Below, in pieces: positions 1-9,389 of a stretch of 64,000 nt of DNA (positions within the stretch are counted from its first letter, which is position 1; each line of letters begins with the position of its first letter). Below the pieces are notes generated by a model that was not told where the DNA came from, ran no database searches, and was given only the letters and a program-made list of their open reading frames with translations. Position numbers and translations under genes: made by a program. This DNA is from an uncultured Phycisphaerales bacterium (lineage in GTDB: Bacteria; Planctomycetota; Phycisphaerae; Tepidisphaerales; Tepidisphaeraceae), in assembly GCA_963841305.1 (NCBI GenBank), contig CAWJBR010000001.1:7598-71597 (forward strand). The letters are read 5' to 3'.

Positions 1-1
1 A

Positions 2-2506
2 CTGCAGGTCCAAGGCGAAGACGGTGTCTTGCGGTCGGTTGCGCCCTTTGCGAGCCAGAAGAAGGGCGTGGTGGAGATGGCCTTCCCGGCCGTGAGCGGA
101 AAGACTTTCCGCCTGGTGTTCCACGAGGCCTTCGACCGCTGGCCGGATGCCGAGTCGGTGTCGGTGGGCGAGGTGGTGTTCCTGGACGCCGAGGGCAAGC
201 CGCTGGATTTCGGCAAGCCTCTGACCCCGGTGTACCTGCTGGAGAGCAAGGCGATGTACGAGGAGGCGGCCAACGCGACGGTGACCGACCCGCTGCCTTA
301 CAAGCCCGGCGACGAGGATGCCCGCCCGGAGGAGGTGATCGACCTGACGGCCAAGCTCGACAAGGACGGCACGCTGCGCTGGGACGTGCCGGAGGGGACG
401 TGGCAGGTCTTCCGCTTCGGCTGCACGGTCAACAGTGGGCGGGTTTCGTTCTCCTGCGCCGGGTGGACAGGATATGTGGTCAATTACCTGGACCCCGAGG
501 CCCTGCGGGCGTACTGGCGTCAGGTGGTCGATCCGCTCTTGGACGACATCCAACCGTATCTGGGCAAGGCCTTCAAAGGCTTCGAGACCGACAGTTGGGA
601 AGGCGGCGGGATCAACTGGACGGCCCGGCTGCCCGAGGAGTTCCGGCAACGCCGCGGCTACGATCCGCTGCCGTTCCTGCCGGTCTTCGCCGGGCGCATC
701 ATCCAAAGCCGCGAGGCCTCCAACCGCTTCCTGTACGACTGGCGCAAGACGGTGGGCGATTTGATGGCCGAGAACCACTACGGCGTGATGGCGAACCTGG
801 CGGCCGAGCGCGGGTTGATGATCCACTGCGAGGCCGGCGGCCCCCATGCCGGCCCCTTCGACGCCATCAAGAACTGGGGCCGCTGCACCTGGCCGATGGG
901 CGAGTTCTGGGTGCAATCCCCGCACCGGTCGGCCGAGGACGCCCGCTTCTTCATGAAAGGCCCGGCCAGCGCCGCCCACCTCTACGGCAAGCCCGTCGCC
1001 TGCGGTGAAGGCTTCACCTCCGTCGGGCCGCACTGGGACGACACGCTCTGGAGTTCGCAGAAACCCACCTTCGACCATGAGGCCTGCGCGGGACTGAATC
1101 TGACCTACTGGCACGCTTTCACCTGTTCGCCAGCCTCGATGGGCGTGCCGGGTCAGGAATATTTTGCCGGGACGCACTTCAATCCCCAGATCACCTGGGC
1201 CAATCAGGCCCACGGCTTCATCGGCTACCTGGATCGCTGCCAGTTCCTCTTGCAGCAGGGCCAGTTCGTGGCCGACGTCTGCTACTACTACGGCGATCAC
1301 GTGCCCAACGTGCCCGGCCGCAAGCAGACCGACCCGGCCAAGGTGCTGCCGACTTATGACTACGACTACCTCAACGAGGAGATGCTCTTGCAGATGCAGG
1401 TCCGGGCTGGGCGGCTGGTCGTGCCCTGCGGGATGAGCTACCGCCTGCTGGCGCTGCCGGACCTGAAGGTGCTGTCGCTGCCGGCGCTGAGGAAGGTCCG
1501 GGAACTGGCGCGGGCCGGGGCGGCGGTGGTCGGTCCCCGCCCCCAGTGCAATCCCTCGCTCTCGGGCGGAGCAGCCGCCGACCAGGAATTCGCCGCACTG
1601 TGCGAGGAGCTGTGGGGCCAAGGCCAGGTGCTCACCAAGCCGGCCAAGGACGTGTTGGCCAAGCTGGGCGTGCCGCCCGACTTTGAGGCGCGGGAGGTCC
1701 AGAGCGTGGACAAACTGGACTACCTGCACCGCCGCGACGGGCAGGCGGAGATTTACTTCCTGAGCAACCAGGCCGCCGAAGCGGTGAAGTTCACCGGCGT
1801 CTTCCGGGTTTCAGGCAAGCAGCCGGAGCTGTGGGACGCCGTCACCGGCCAGACCCGCCCGGCCGGCCAGTTCCAGCCGGTGGCGGGCCGCACCGCCGTG
1901 CCGCTGGAGTTGGCTCCGTACGGCTCGCTGTTCGTGGTCTTCCGCCACCCGGCCACGCAAGCCCCCGCGGCGACGGCCGGCAACTTCCCGGCCCTGTCCC
2001 CGGTGCAAACCCTGGAGGGGGATTGGACGGTGCGCTTCGACCCCAAGTGGGGCGGGCCGGAGAAGCCGGTGACGTTCGCGAAGCTGGAGGACTGGACGGC
2101 TCGGCCGGAAGAAGGAATCAAGTACTACTCCGGCACGGCGACGTACCGCAAGAGCTTCGATCTGCCATCCCCAATCCGCAATCCAAAATCCAAAATCTTC
2201 CTGGACCTGGGCGCGGTGAAGGAGATGGCCGAGGTGCGATTGAATGGAAAGAGCCTGGGCGTGGTCTGGTGTCCGCCGTGGCGGGTGGAGATCACGGAGG
2301 CGGTGAAGTCGGCGGGCAATGAGTTGGAGATCGACGTGGTGAACAACTGGCCCAACCGGCTGATCGGCGACGGCAAGCTGCCGCCGGAGAAGCGGATCGC
2401 CAAGACCCATTACACCGGCTGGTACAACCCGGGAAAAGACGGGAAGGAACAGACTTTGTTCCCCTCCGGTTTGCTGGGTCCGGTGCGGGTGATGAGTCAA
2501 GAATAA
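2..2506 (+). CDS. GH106-like / GH2-sugar-binding-domain glycoside hydrolase (candidate alpha-L-rhamnosidase), 5'-truncated by the window edge
   Basis: The frame is open from nt 2, with no stop before the listed TTG at 29. It is collinear with full-length paralog 39793..42747 from EVIDLT.KL..DG.L.WDVPEGTW onward. Shared C-terminal motifs are VVN.WPNRLIGD and L(F/L)PSGLLGPVRVM. The GH106 label comes from remembered family signatures, not from a search. Confidence 0.6.
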   Translation: MQVQGEDGVLRSVAPFASQKKGVVEMAFPAVSGKTFRLVFHEAFDRWPDAESVSVGEVVFLDAEGKPLDFGKPLTPVYLLESKAMYEEAANATVTDPLPYKPGDEDARPEEVIDLTAKLDKDGTLRWDVPEGTWQVFRFGCTVNSGRVSFSCAGWTGYVVNYLDPEALRAYWRQVVDPLLDDIQPYLGKAFKGFETDSWEGGGINWTARLPEEFRQRRGYDPLPFLPVFAGRIIQSREASNRFLYDWRKTVGDLMAENHYGVMANLAAERGLMIHCEAGGPHAGPFDAIKNWGRCTWPMGEFWVQSPHRSAEDARFFMKGPASAAHLYGKPVACGEGFTSVGPHWDDTLWSSQKPTFDHEACAGLNLTYWHAFTCSPASMGVPGQEYFAGTHFNPQITWANQAHGFIGYLDRCQFLLQQGQFVADVCYYYGDHVPNVPGRKQTDPAKVLPTYDYDYLNEEMLLQMQVRAGRLVVPCGMSYRLLALPDLKVLSLPALRKVRELARAGAAVVGPRPQCNPSLSGGAAADQEFAALCEELWGQGQVLTKPAKDVLAKLGVPPDFEAREVQSVDKLDYLHRRDGQAEIYFLSNQAAEAVKFTGVFRVSGKQPELWDAVTGQTRPAGQFQPVAGRTAVPLELAPYGSLFVVFRHPATQAPAATAGNFPALSPVQTLEGDWTVRFDPKWGGPEKPVTFAKLEDWTARPEEGIKYYSGTATYRKSFDLPSPIRNPKSKIFLDLGAVKEMAEVRLNGKSLGVVWCPPWRVEITEAVKSAGNELEIDVVNNWPNRLIGDGKLPPEKRIAKTHYTGWYNPGKDGKEQTLFPSGLLGPVRVMSQE
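2165..2199. repeat. Five tandem heptanucleotide units (CCATCCC CAATCCG CAATCCA AAATCCA AAATCTT) inside the CDS
   Basis: Read directly from the sequence. It encodes LPSPIRNPKSKIF. The paralog has unrelated residues (AAAGGPRLY) at the aligned position. Confidence 0.85.
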
Positions 2507-2572
2507 CAAGGAACCTATGAAGGCAATCCGCAGACAGCAACATACTCGGCATTGGAGAATGACAACCAGGCT

Positions 2573-2668
2573 AATCAGCCTTGCGCACGTTTTAGGAACT
2601 TTCGCAAAACCGCTTCAAACAATGGAAAGGCGTCAGAATGAAACTGAACGCATACTTCGCAAACTTGC
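2573..2668 (+). promoter_or_regulatory. Copy A of a duplicated promoter/5'UTR/first-11-codon cassette
   Basis: The core 2594..2668 matches 6982..7056 at 73 of 75 nt (counted). An upstream AATCAGCCTT block is also shared (2573 vs 6960). The cassette contains SD GGAAAGG 7 nt before ATG 2638. That ATG lies in the loop of an imperfect hairpin, GCGTCAG-AATGAAA-CTGAACGC (2630..2651). Confidence 0.6.
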
Positions 2669-4476
2669 TGGCAATGGGTCTAGTGAGTGCGGCTATGGCG
2701 GCGGAACCAGTGTCGCCAGCAGGAAGTCCACCGCCAAGGGGCACCCCGGCGGTGAAGTCAGTCCGGTTGATTCTGCCGGCGCAGTCCGGTCTGGCAGTGG
2801 ATGGTGACACCGGGCTGGTGGACGTCTACGGTATGACTGTCGTGGATAAAAGCAACGATTCCGCGGTCGTGCTGAAGAATATTGCCGGGATTTTCACGCG
2901 GCAAGTTCAGCAGCGGTGCGAGGGCAAGGTGGTCACGGAGGGAGATGCCCCGCTGACGGTGGAATTGGCGGTTGCCGAAGGGATCGGCAAGGAAGGCTTC
3001 CGCATTGAGGACCGGCAGGGTGGCGGAGTGCGGATCGTCGGCAATGACGTGCGCGGTGTGCTCTACGGTGTGGGCAAGTTCCTGCGCACCTCACGTTATG
3101 ACCAGGGCGGGTTCACTCCTGGAAACTGGCGCGGCACGTCGGTTCCACAGAAGCCGGTGCGCGGCATTTATTTATGCACCCACTTCCACAACTTCTATCA
3201 CGACGCACCGGTCGAAGAGGTGGAGCGGTATGTGGAGGACCTCGGACTGTGGGGATTCAATGCGGTCGCGTTCTGGTATGACATGCATCACCTCGACGGG
3301 TTTGACGACCCCGAAGCCAAGGCCGTCCGTCAGCGGTTGGGCGCCATCTGCGCTACAGCCAGGCGAATCGGTCTGGATGTGGGGCTGACTGTGATCGCCA
3401 ATGAGGGCTACAACAATTCGCCGGCCAAGATGCGGGCGCAACGCGCCGGTGGACAACGCGGGGGGTGGTATGATTGTCAAATCTGCCCGAGTAAACCCGG
3501 AGGGATGGAGTATCTTCTGCAGGTCATCGGGCAGGAGCTTGACTGGATCGCAAGTTACAATCCTCGTTACATGTGGCTATGGCCATATGATCAGGGCGGC
3601 TGCGGGTGCGCCAACTGCCGGCCTTGGGCCACCAACGGGTTTCTGACAACGGCGGAGTCGCTGGCTGCGTTGGTCCGTCAAAAGCTGCCGGATGCGAAGA
3701 TAGTCCTCTCCACATGGTTTTTTGACAGAGCCGATTGGCATGGCTTGGAAACCGAATTTGCGGGGAAGAAGCCTTTCTTTGATTATGTTATGGCCGAACC
3801 GGTTAGAGGCCCGATTCCCGGCGGACTGCCGCTGGTCGGCTTCCCCGAGATCAGCATGTACAACACCTTCCCGTGGGGCGGCTTTGGCGCCACGCCGCTG
3901 ACCGGCCTGGTGCAGGGACAGTGGAACCGCATCAAGAAGGTATCCAGCGGTGGGTTTCCCTATTCGGAAGGGAAATTCGAAGACCTCACCAAGGTGGCCA
4001 TCAGCCAATTCTATTTCAGCGACCGGCCGGCGGCCGAGACCGTGCGTGAGTACATTGCCTTCGAGTTCTCGCCGGAGGCGGTGGACGACATCGCGAAGGT
4101 TGTCGCTACTCTGGAGAAGAATCACCACTGTCGCTGGTGGCCTGGGGAGTTGGAAGGGGTGAAACTCGATCTAAACTGGTTCCCGTCGAAGAATGCCAAA
4201 CCCCAAGCCGATCCGGGGGCGGAAGAGGCGTATGCGATCGTTCAGAGGATCGATGCCAAGCTCACACCCCAGGCTCGCTGCTCATGGCGCTGGCGTCAGC
4301 TATATCTGCGGGCGTTGCTTGATTCCGAATTGAAGACCAACGGCGGCAAGCCCAATGATCGTTGTTACGAGGCGTTTTCCGAATTAATCAGGATCTACCA
4401 TGCGGAGAACGCCAACCCAGCCGTGCGGCCGCCGTTGCCGGCGGATTACAAACCCCACAACACAACCCAGAGGTGA
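2638..4476 (+). CDS. Secreted putative glycoside hydrolase (GH20/GH67-like N-terminal alpha/beta domain plus TIM-barrel-like core; possibly DUF4838-type)
   Basis: Signal peptide MKLNAYFANLLAMGLVSAAMA. N-domain motif EGFRIEDRQGGGVRIVGNDVRGVLYGVGKFLR, followed by RGIYLCTHFHNFY...GFNAVAFWYD. Cys cluster CQIC...PYDQGGCGCANC. The exact family is unresolved. Confidence 0.45.
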   Translation: MKLNAYFANLLAMGLVSAAMAAEPVSPAGSPPPRGTPAVKSVRLILPAQSGLAVDGDTGLVDVYGMTVVDKSNDSAVVLKNIAGIFTRQVQQRCEGKVVTEGDAPLTVELAVAEGIGKEGFRIEDRQGGGVRIVGNDVRGVLYGVGKFLRTSRYDQGGFTPGNWRGTSVPQKPVRGIYLCTHFHNFYHDAPVEEVERYVEDLGLWGFNAVAFWYDMHHLDGFDDPEAKAVRQRLGAICATARRIGLDVGLTVIANEGYNNSPAKMRAQRAGGQRGGWYDCQICPSKPGGMEYLLQVIGQELDWIASYNPRYMWLWPYDQGGCGCANCRPWATNGFLTTAESLAALVRQKLPDAKIVLSTWFFDRADWHGLETEFAGKKPFFDYVMAEPVRGPIPGGLPLVGFPEISMYNTFPWGGFGATPLTGLVQGQWNRIKKVSSGGFPYSEGKFEDLTKVAISQFYFSDRPAAETVREYIAFEFSPEAVDDIAKVVATLEKNHHCRWWPGELEGVKLDLNWFPSKNAKPQADPGAEEAYAIVQRIDAKLTPQARCSWRWRQLYLRALLDSELKTNGGKPNDRCYEAFSELIRIYHAENANPAVRPPLPADYKPHNTTQR

Positions 4477-4514
4477 AAAACGTGGGTAAGCTAAAACAGA
4501 AACCGGGGTCGGCG

Positions 4515-6827
4515 ATGAAGTCCATGTGGTGGTATATGGCCGTATTGGTTATCGGTGCATGGGGCAACCCTTGGGATGCCATGGCCAGGGAACGGACCAC
4601 GATCTCCCTCAACGGCACGTGGCAGATCGAAGAAAGCGTCGGGGCGACCGAGATGCCCACGGCGTTCACCCACACGGTGGTGGTGCCGGGGCTGGTGAAC
4701 CTGTCCCAGCCGGCCTTTCCGCAGGTGGATTGGTTCGCCAGCCGCGAGTACCTGGAGCGCTGGGGCCGGCGGTATCCGTGGGGCGGGCCGGAAATCCTGG
4801 CCAAGGATGCCCCGCTACCGGTGATCGGCATTCCCGTGCAGAAGCGCAACTACTTTTGGTACCGGAAAACCTTCACGCCGCCGGCCAGGCGGGAAGTGGC
4901 GCTGCTGCGGATCGGCAAGGCGCAGTTCGGGACCAAGGTCTGGCTCAACGGCAAGGACGTGGGCGAACACCTGGGCTGCTGGACCTCGAGCGCCTACAAC
5001 CTGACCGACGCGATCAACTGGTCGGGCGAGAACACGTTGTTGGTGCGCATCGGCGCGCACCCGGCCGTGCTGCCGGAGAACATTCCGGGGGCCGGCATGT
5101 ACAGCTCCAAACACAAGTGGGCGCCGGGCATCTACGACGACGTGCGCCTGATCCTCTGCGACAACCCGGTGATTGAGAGCATTCAGGTCGCCCCGCGCAT
5201 AACCACGTCCGAGGTCGTGGTCCAGACGAAAGTCAAAAACTACGGCCCGGCCCGCAGCTTCGAGTTGATTCAAACGATCCACGCCTGCAAAGAGAAAAAA
5301 GAGGTCGCCAGCTTGCACCCCCAGGCTGAGCAGATCGGGGCCGGGGAGGAGAAGACCTATACCCAGACCCTCGCGCTCCCGGATGCCCATCTCTGGTCGC
5401 CGGAGGACCCGTTCCTTTACGCACTCGAGAGCCGCAGCGGCGGGGACAGCGTGCAAACGCGGTTTGGGATGCGCGAGTACCGCTTCGACAACGCCAAGGG
5501 CATCGGCTACCTCAACGGCAAGCCGTATTACCTGCGCGGCGGCAACATCGAGTTGCACCTGCATTTTGAGGATCCCCTTTGCGGTGACACGCCCTGGAAC
5601 CGCGAATGGGTGCGCAAAGCGCTGATTGCGATCCCCAAGAAGCTAAACTGGAACGCTTTCCGTTTCAGCATGAGCCCGGTACCGGACTTCTGGTTGGAGA
5701 TGGCGGACGAAGAGGGCATGCTTATCCAGTACGAGCCGCCGTTGTGGGCGATCGGCGGAGTCAACACCATGAAGATCTGGAATGTACATTCGCAGTGGGA
5801 TCCCCAGGAGTTTATTCGAGAATATGGACTTTGGATGGGCGACAACTGGAACCATCCCTGCATCTTCATGTGGGACTCGAATAACGAAAGCCGCTGGCCG
5901 GAACTGGTCAAGATCGTCAATGCGGTGCGTCCGCTGGATCTATCGAGCCGGGCGTGGGACAACAGTTGGAGTCCGGCCGCATCGCCCAACGATCCGGTTG
6001 AGGAACATCCGTACCTGAATGCAAGCGTCAAAGATTTCCGTGCCTTCAATACCTTCGACGGTCGCAAACGCCTTCCTGGCACCCGTTGTCGAATCATCAA
6101 TGAGTACGCATGGCTCTGGCTCTATCCCGACAACGAGCCGATTGACATCGCCGCCGGCATTTACAGAAGTATCCCCGCTGCCGAGCGGCAGGAGTACCGC
6201 TATTACCTCACCGCCGCCCTGACTGAAATGTGGCGGGCGCAACGTTGTGCCGTCGCCGTGCTGGATTACGAGTATTGCGGCTCCTACCTGCCGCGCAAAA
6301 ACGGTCCCTATCATTTCGGCGACTTTGCCGATGTGGCGAGCTTGCGACTGCATCCGGAGTTCGAGAAGTACATGACCGAGGCGTTCAAGCCGCTGGGCGT
6401 GTATCTGGCGTTCTGGGGCGACGGCGAACCGGGTAAGGCCGCAAACAAGGGTTCCTGGTTTCCGATCCGCGGCGGGACGGACCATGCCTTCACCGTCATG
6501 ATGGTCAACGACGATCAGGAACCCGTCGCCGGCAAACTGGTGCTTTCCGTCGAGACGCTGGAGGGCAAGGCGCTGGCGTCGGCTGAAAAACCGTTCCGAT
6601 TGGAAGGCATCGGCAAGAGCGCATACGAACTGTCGCTACCGATCCCGAAAGACGGCCGGTGCATTTTGAAAGCCGTGGCCTATCCCGACGGTTCGCGGCA
6701 CAAAAGCCCCACGGTCAGCCGCCGGAAGATCGAGGTGGGATCTGCTTCCACGGCTGTCAAGCCGATGAATACGACCGCACCGAACCCCAATATTCAGAAC
6801 TTGTTGGGATCGGGCGGGACACAGTGA
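4515..6827 (+). CDS. GH2-family glycoside hydrolase (beta-mannosidase/beta-galactosidase-like)
   Basis: Start chosen at ATG 4515 (MKSMWWYMAVLVIGAWG signal); GTG 4482 is an alternative. Motifs: NGTWQIEES, TKVWLNGKDVGEHLGCWTSSAYNLTD, RFGMREYRF, YLNGKPYYLRGGN, FMWDSNNES. Confidence 0.75.
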   Translation: MKSMWWYMAVLVIGAWGNPWDAMARERTTISLNGTWQIEESVGATEMPTAFTHTVVVPGLVNLSQPAFPQVDWFASREYLERWGRRYPWGGPEILAKDAPLPVIGIPVQKRNYFWYRKTFTPPARREVALLRIGKAQFGTKVWLNGKDVGEHLGCWTSSAYNLTDAINWSGENTLLVRIGAHPAVLPENIPGAGMYSSKHKWAPGIYDDVRLILCDNPVIESIQVAPRITTSEVVVQTKVKNYGPARSFELIQTIHACKEKKEVASLHPQAEQIGAGEEKTYTQTLALPDAHLWSPEDPFLYALESRSGGDSVQTRFGMREYRFDNAKGIGYLNGKPYYLRGGNIELHLHFEDPLCGDTPWNREWVRKALIAIPKKLNWNAFRFSMSPVPDFWLEMADEEGMLIQYEPPLWAIGGVNTMKIWNVHSQWDPQEFIREYGLWMGDNWNHPCIFMWDSNNESRWPELVKIVNAVRPLDLSSRAWDNSWSPAASPNDPVEEHPYLNASVKDFRAFNTFDGRKRLPGTRCRIINEYAWLWLYPDNEPIDIAAGIYRSIPAAERQEYRYYLTAALTEMWRAQRCAVAVLDYEYCGSYLPRKNGPYHFGDFADVASLRLHPEFEKYMTEAFKPLGVYLAFWGDGEPGKAANKGSWFPIRGGTDHAFTVMMVNDDQEPVAGKLVLSVETLEGKALASAEKPFRLEGIGKSAYELSLPIPKDGRCILKAVAYPDGSRHKSPTVSRRKIEVGSASTAVKPMNTTAPNPNIQNLLGSGGTQ

Positions 6828-6959
6828 ACACTGCTGCGCCTTGCGGGAAAACGTGAAAGACCACAAAAATGATGAATTAAGGCGAAGATTAGCGCAATGG
6901 TCGCGTGTTCGATGGCGCTCGGCAGCAAACGGCTATTTGAACGAGGTCGAAGTGAAACA

Positions 6960-7056
6960 AATCAGCCTTACCCGCTAGTTGAGGAACTTTGGCAAAACCC
7001 CTTCAAACAATGGAAAGGCGTCAGAATGAAACTGAACGCATACTTCGCAAACTTGC
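6960..7056 (+). promoter_or_regulatory. Copy B of the duplicated promoter/5'UTR/first-11-codon cassette
   Basis: See copy A. It has the same SD, the same ATG (7026) and the same first 11 codons (MKLNAYFANL.), after which the coding sequence diverges completely. Confidence 0.6.
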
Positions 7057-9389
7057 ATGCGATGGATCTGTTGAATTTGGTCCGGCAATGGAGAATGACC
7101 GCTAGGCGAACCCGTCTCGCATGCCTGGCAGGCTGGCTGAGTTCAATCGCCAGCGTGTTGTTCGCATCCGATGTTCCTGTGATCGAGCGAGCCATGCAGG
7201 TGGAACTGCCCAACCAGGAAGAGAACGCCGTCAAGACCTCCTGGCCGGCCATCGGTTGCTGGTTCTGGCAGAAGGACGAGTTTCAGCCGGACGGCTACAA
7301 GCATTTCATTGACCTGTATGCCAGGCATTCGCCATTCAAACTATTTACAACCTCGTTTCGCTGGCAAGGCGAGTTGACAGATCCTAAGGTGCATGACCAT
7401 GTTAAAGCGGCGGCCGAATACGCCCGACAGAAAGGGATGGCGCTGGTCTTGGATCTCGATGTCCGGATGGCGCGTAAGCCCTTTCTGGATAAGTATCCCG
7501 ACGAGATGCAGGAGATCGTCCGGTTGCGGGAGCTTGCGTTGAGCGATGCGGGAGAATCCAGCATCACCATCGAGCCTTTTCAGGCGGGCGACCACTACTG
7601 TTATGGCCGTTACAATTACAAGTGCATTGCGGGCCGGTTGTTGCGGGTCTATTCGTATGTGACCGGCGCCGATGGCATCGAACCTGATTCGGTGCGCGAC
7701 ATCACCGCGCAGGCCACGGTGGTCTGTGCCGACAACCAAAAGGGGGTGATGCTGTCGATTCCCGGGACAAACGAAAGCAAGGGACGCACGGCTTGCGTGA
7801 TGGCGGCGTTCACGCTGTTGACTCCGGATGTGTTTTCGCCGCACCTGGCGGAGTTCCAGCGCGACATCCTCAAGCAGTATGCGGACGTGCCGCTGGCCGG
7901 CGCCTGCAAGGACGAGTGGGGTTTTCCCGGGCGGGCCCACTACAAAAACTTCTATGACGACATCTATTTTTCGAAATCCATGGCCGGGGCGTACGCCAAA
8001 CGACGGGCGGGCCATGATCTGATCCGTGATCTGCTGCTGATGGTCAAGGGCGAGAAAGGCCGGGGCGGCGAGCGCGCGGCGGCGATCAATCATTGGATGG
8101 AGATGATCTGGCAGCAAAATGCACAGGTGGAATTAGAATACTACCACGCGATCAAGGAGGTGTTCGGCCCCCAAGCCATGTCGGCCACGCATCCGACCTG
8201 GGTATCGATGCCGTCTATGGCCGAAGTGTTCAAGAACGGCCTGGACTGGTGGGCGGTCACGCGCGACCTGGCGCAGACCGATGAGCAGGCGCCGTACTGC
8301 GTGCGCACCGCACTGGCCAAGAAATGGCATAGTCCCCTGTGGTACAACATGTACTATGGCAAGTCATTGAAGCCTTACGAGGAGGAGCTTTGGCGCAACG
8401 CCTTGAGCGGCGGGCGAATCAACTACCATCCCCCGTATCCGGCCACGAAGGAAATGCCCCTGCCACTTCAAAAAATGCCCCTTTCGCTCAGACTGTTGTC
8501 TATCGGCGATAAGCTCCTGCGTGCCGATTGCCGCGTGCGATTGTTGAACTTCATCTCGACGCGCCCGGTGGATTGTCCGGTGGCCGTCGTCTTCAGCCAT
8601 CCCCGCGTGTGCAACTGGGCCGACGAGGGACGGGGCGATGCGGGGGTGCGGCTATGTGACGCCCTTTGGAAACAGGGGTACTACACCGATCTGATCCCCA
8701 GCAGCGAAATCGTCTCCGGGGCGCTGAAATTATCGCAAGACGGTTACGTGCAATATGGCCCGCAGAAATACGCCGCGGTGGTGTTTTACCAGCCGCAATA
8801 CGAGCGGCCGTTGGCGGGGCAGTTCTTTCGCCAGGCGGCCGCCGCCGGCAAGACGACACTCTATCGGGTTGGGGATTGGACGCTGGACTTCGACGGCAAC
8901 GCGATCGATGGCAAGACGGCGCTGCCTGCGGCAATGAAGCCGGTGAAAGCCGACGCGTGCGCCAGGGACGTGATCGCGCAGCTGAAAGAGATGGGGGTCG
9001 AATCGTATCAATTCGGTCTGAGCGGTTGGTGCCGATTGCTCGACGGGACGGTGATTCTGGCCTCGGGTGAAAAGGATGCGCTGGGCGATCCGATCCGGAA
9101 GACCGTCAAGGTTGGTGGCCAAGAGGTGAGCTTCGATGCCGTGGGCGTGGCGGCGGCGCGATTGGACAAAGACGGCCGGCTCGAATCGCTGGCCGGCGGC
9201 GCGCTGAAGAGTTTCCGTGGCGGCGGCGTGACGATCAAGCTGCCGGAGCGGATCGACCTGGCGCTGTGGCGCGACGCTAAGGGCCGATGGCATGGCGTGC
9301 TTCAGGATTATGCCGGGCCGGTGCCCAAGGATCTGGCCGCGCTGACCGACGACTGGAAACGATTGACGGTGCCGATTCCGTACCCATAA
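7026..9389 (+). CDS. Hypothetical secreted protein of ~788 aa with no family I recognise (candidate novel CAZyme)
   Basis: Long ORF with coding-like composition, sitting in an operon-like + strand run of glycosidases. Start set at ATG 7026 because of the conserved SD shared with copy A. A canonical signal peptide (MTARRTRLACLAGWLSSIASVLFA) begins 24 codons later, so the true start could be there. Confidence 0.55.
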   Translation: MKLNAYFANLHAMDLLNLVRQWRMTARRTRLACLAGWLSSIASVLFASDVPVIERAMQVELPNQEENAVKTSWPAIGCWFWQKDEFQPDGYKHFIDLYARHSPFKLFTTSFRWQGELTDPKVHDHVKAAAEYARQKGMALVLDLDVRMARKPFLDKYPDEMQEIVRLRELALSDAGESSITIEPFQAGDHYCYGRYNYKCIAGRLLRVYSYVTGADGIEPDSVRDITAQATVVCADNQKGVMLSIPGTNESKGRTACVMAAFTLLTPDVFSPHLAEFQRDILKQYADVPLAGACKDEWGFPGRAHYKNFYDDIYFSKSMAGAYAKRRAGHDLIRDLLLMVKGEKGRGGERAAAINHWMEMIWQQNAQVELEYYHAIKEVFGPQAMSATHPTWVSMPSMAEVFKNGLDWWAVTRDLAQTDEQAPYCVRTALAKKWHSPLWYNMYYGKSLKPYEEELWRNALSGGRINYHPPYPATKEMPLPLQKMPLSLRLLSIGDKLLRADCRVRLLNFISTRPVDCPVAVVFSHPRVCNWADEGRGDAGVRLCDALWKQGYYTDLIPSSEIVSGALKLSQDGYVQYGPQKYAAVVFYQPQYERPLAGQFFRQAAAAGKTTLYRVGDWTLDFDGNAIDGKTALPAAMKPVKADACARDVIAQLKEMGVESYQFGLSGWCRLLDGTVILASGEKDALGDPIRKTVKVGGQEVSFDAVGVAAARLDKDGRLESLAGGALKSFRGGGVTIKLPERIDLALWRDAKGRWHGVLQDYAGPVPKDLAALTDDWKRLTVPIPYP

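Noticed and set aside
2594-2640. ECF-sigma promoter (GGAAC ... CGTC) in the duplicated leader
   Set aside because: GGAAC (2595..2599) and CGTC (2631..2634) are 31 nt apart, far from the ~16-17 nt spacer expected for ECF promoters.
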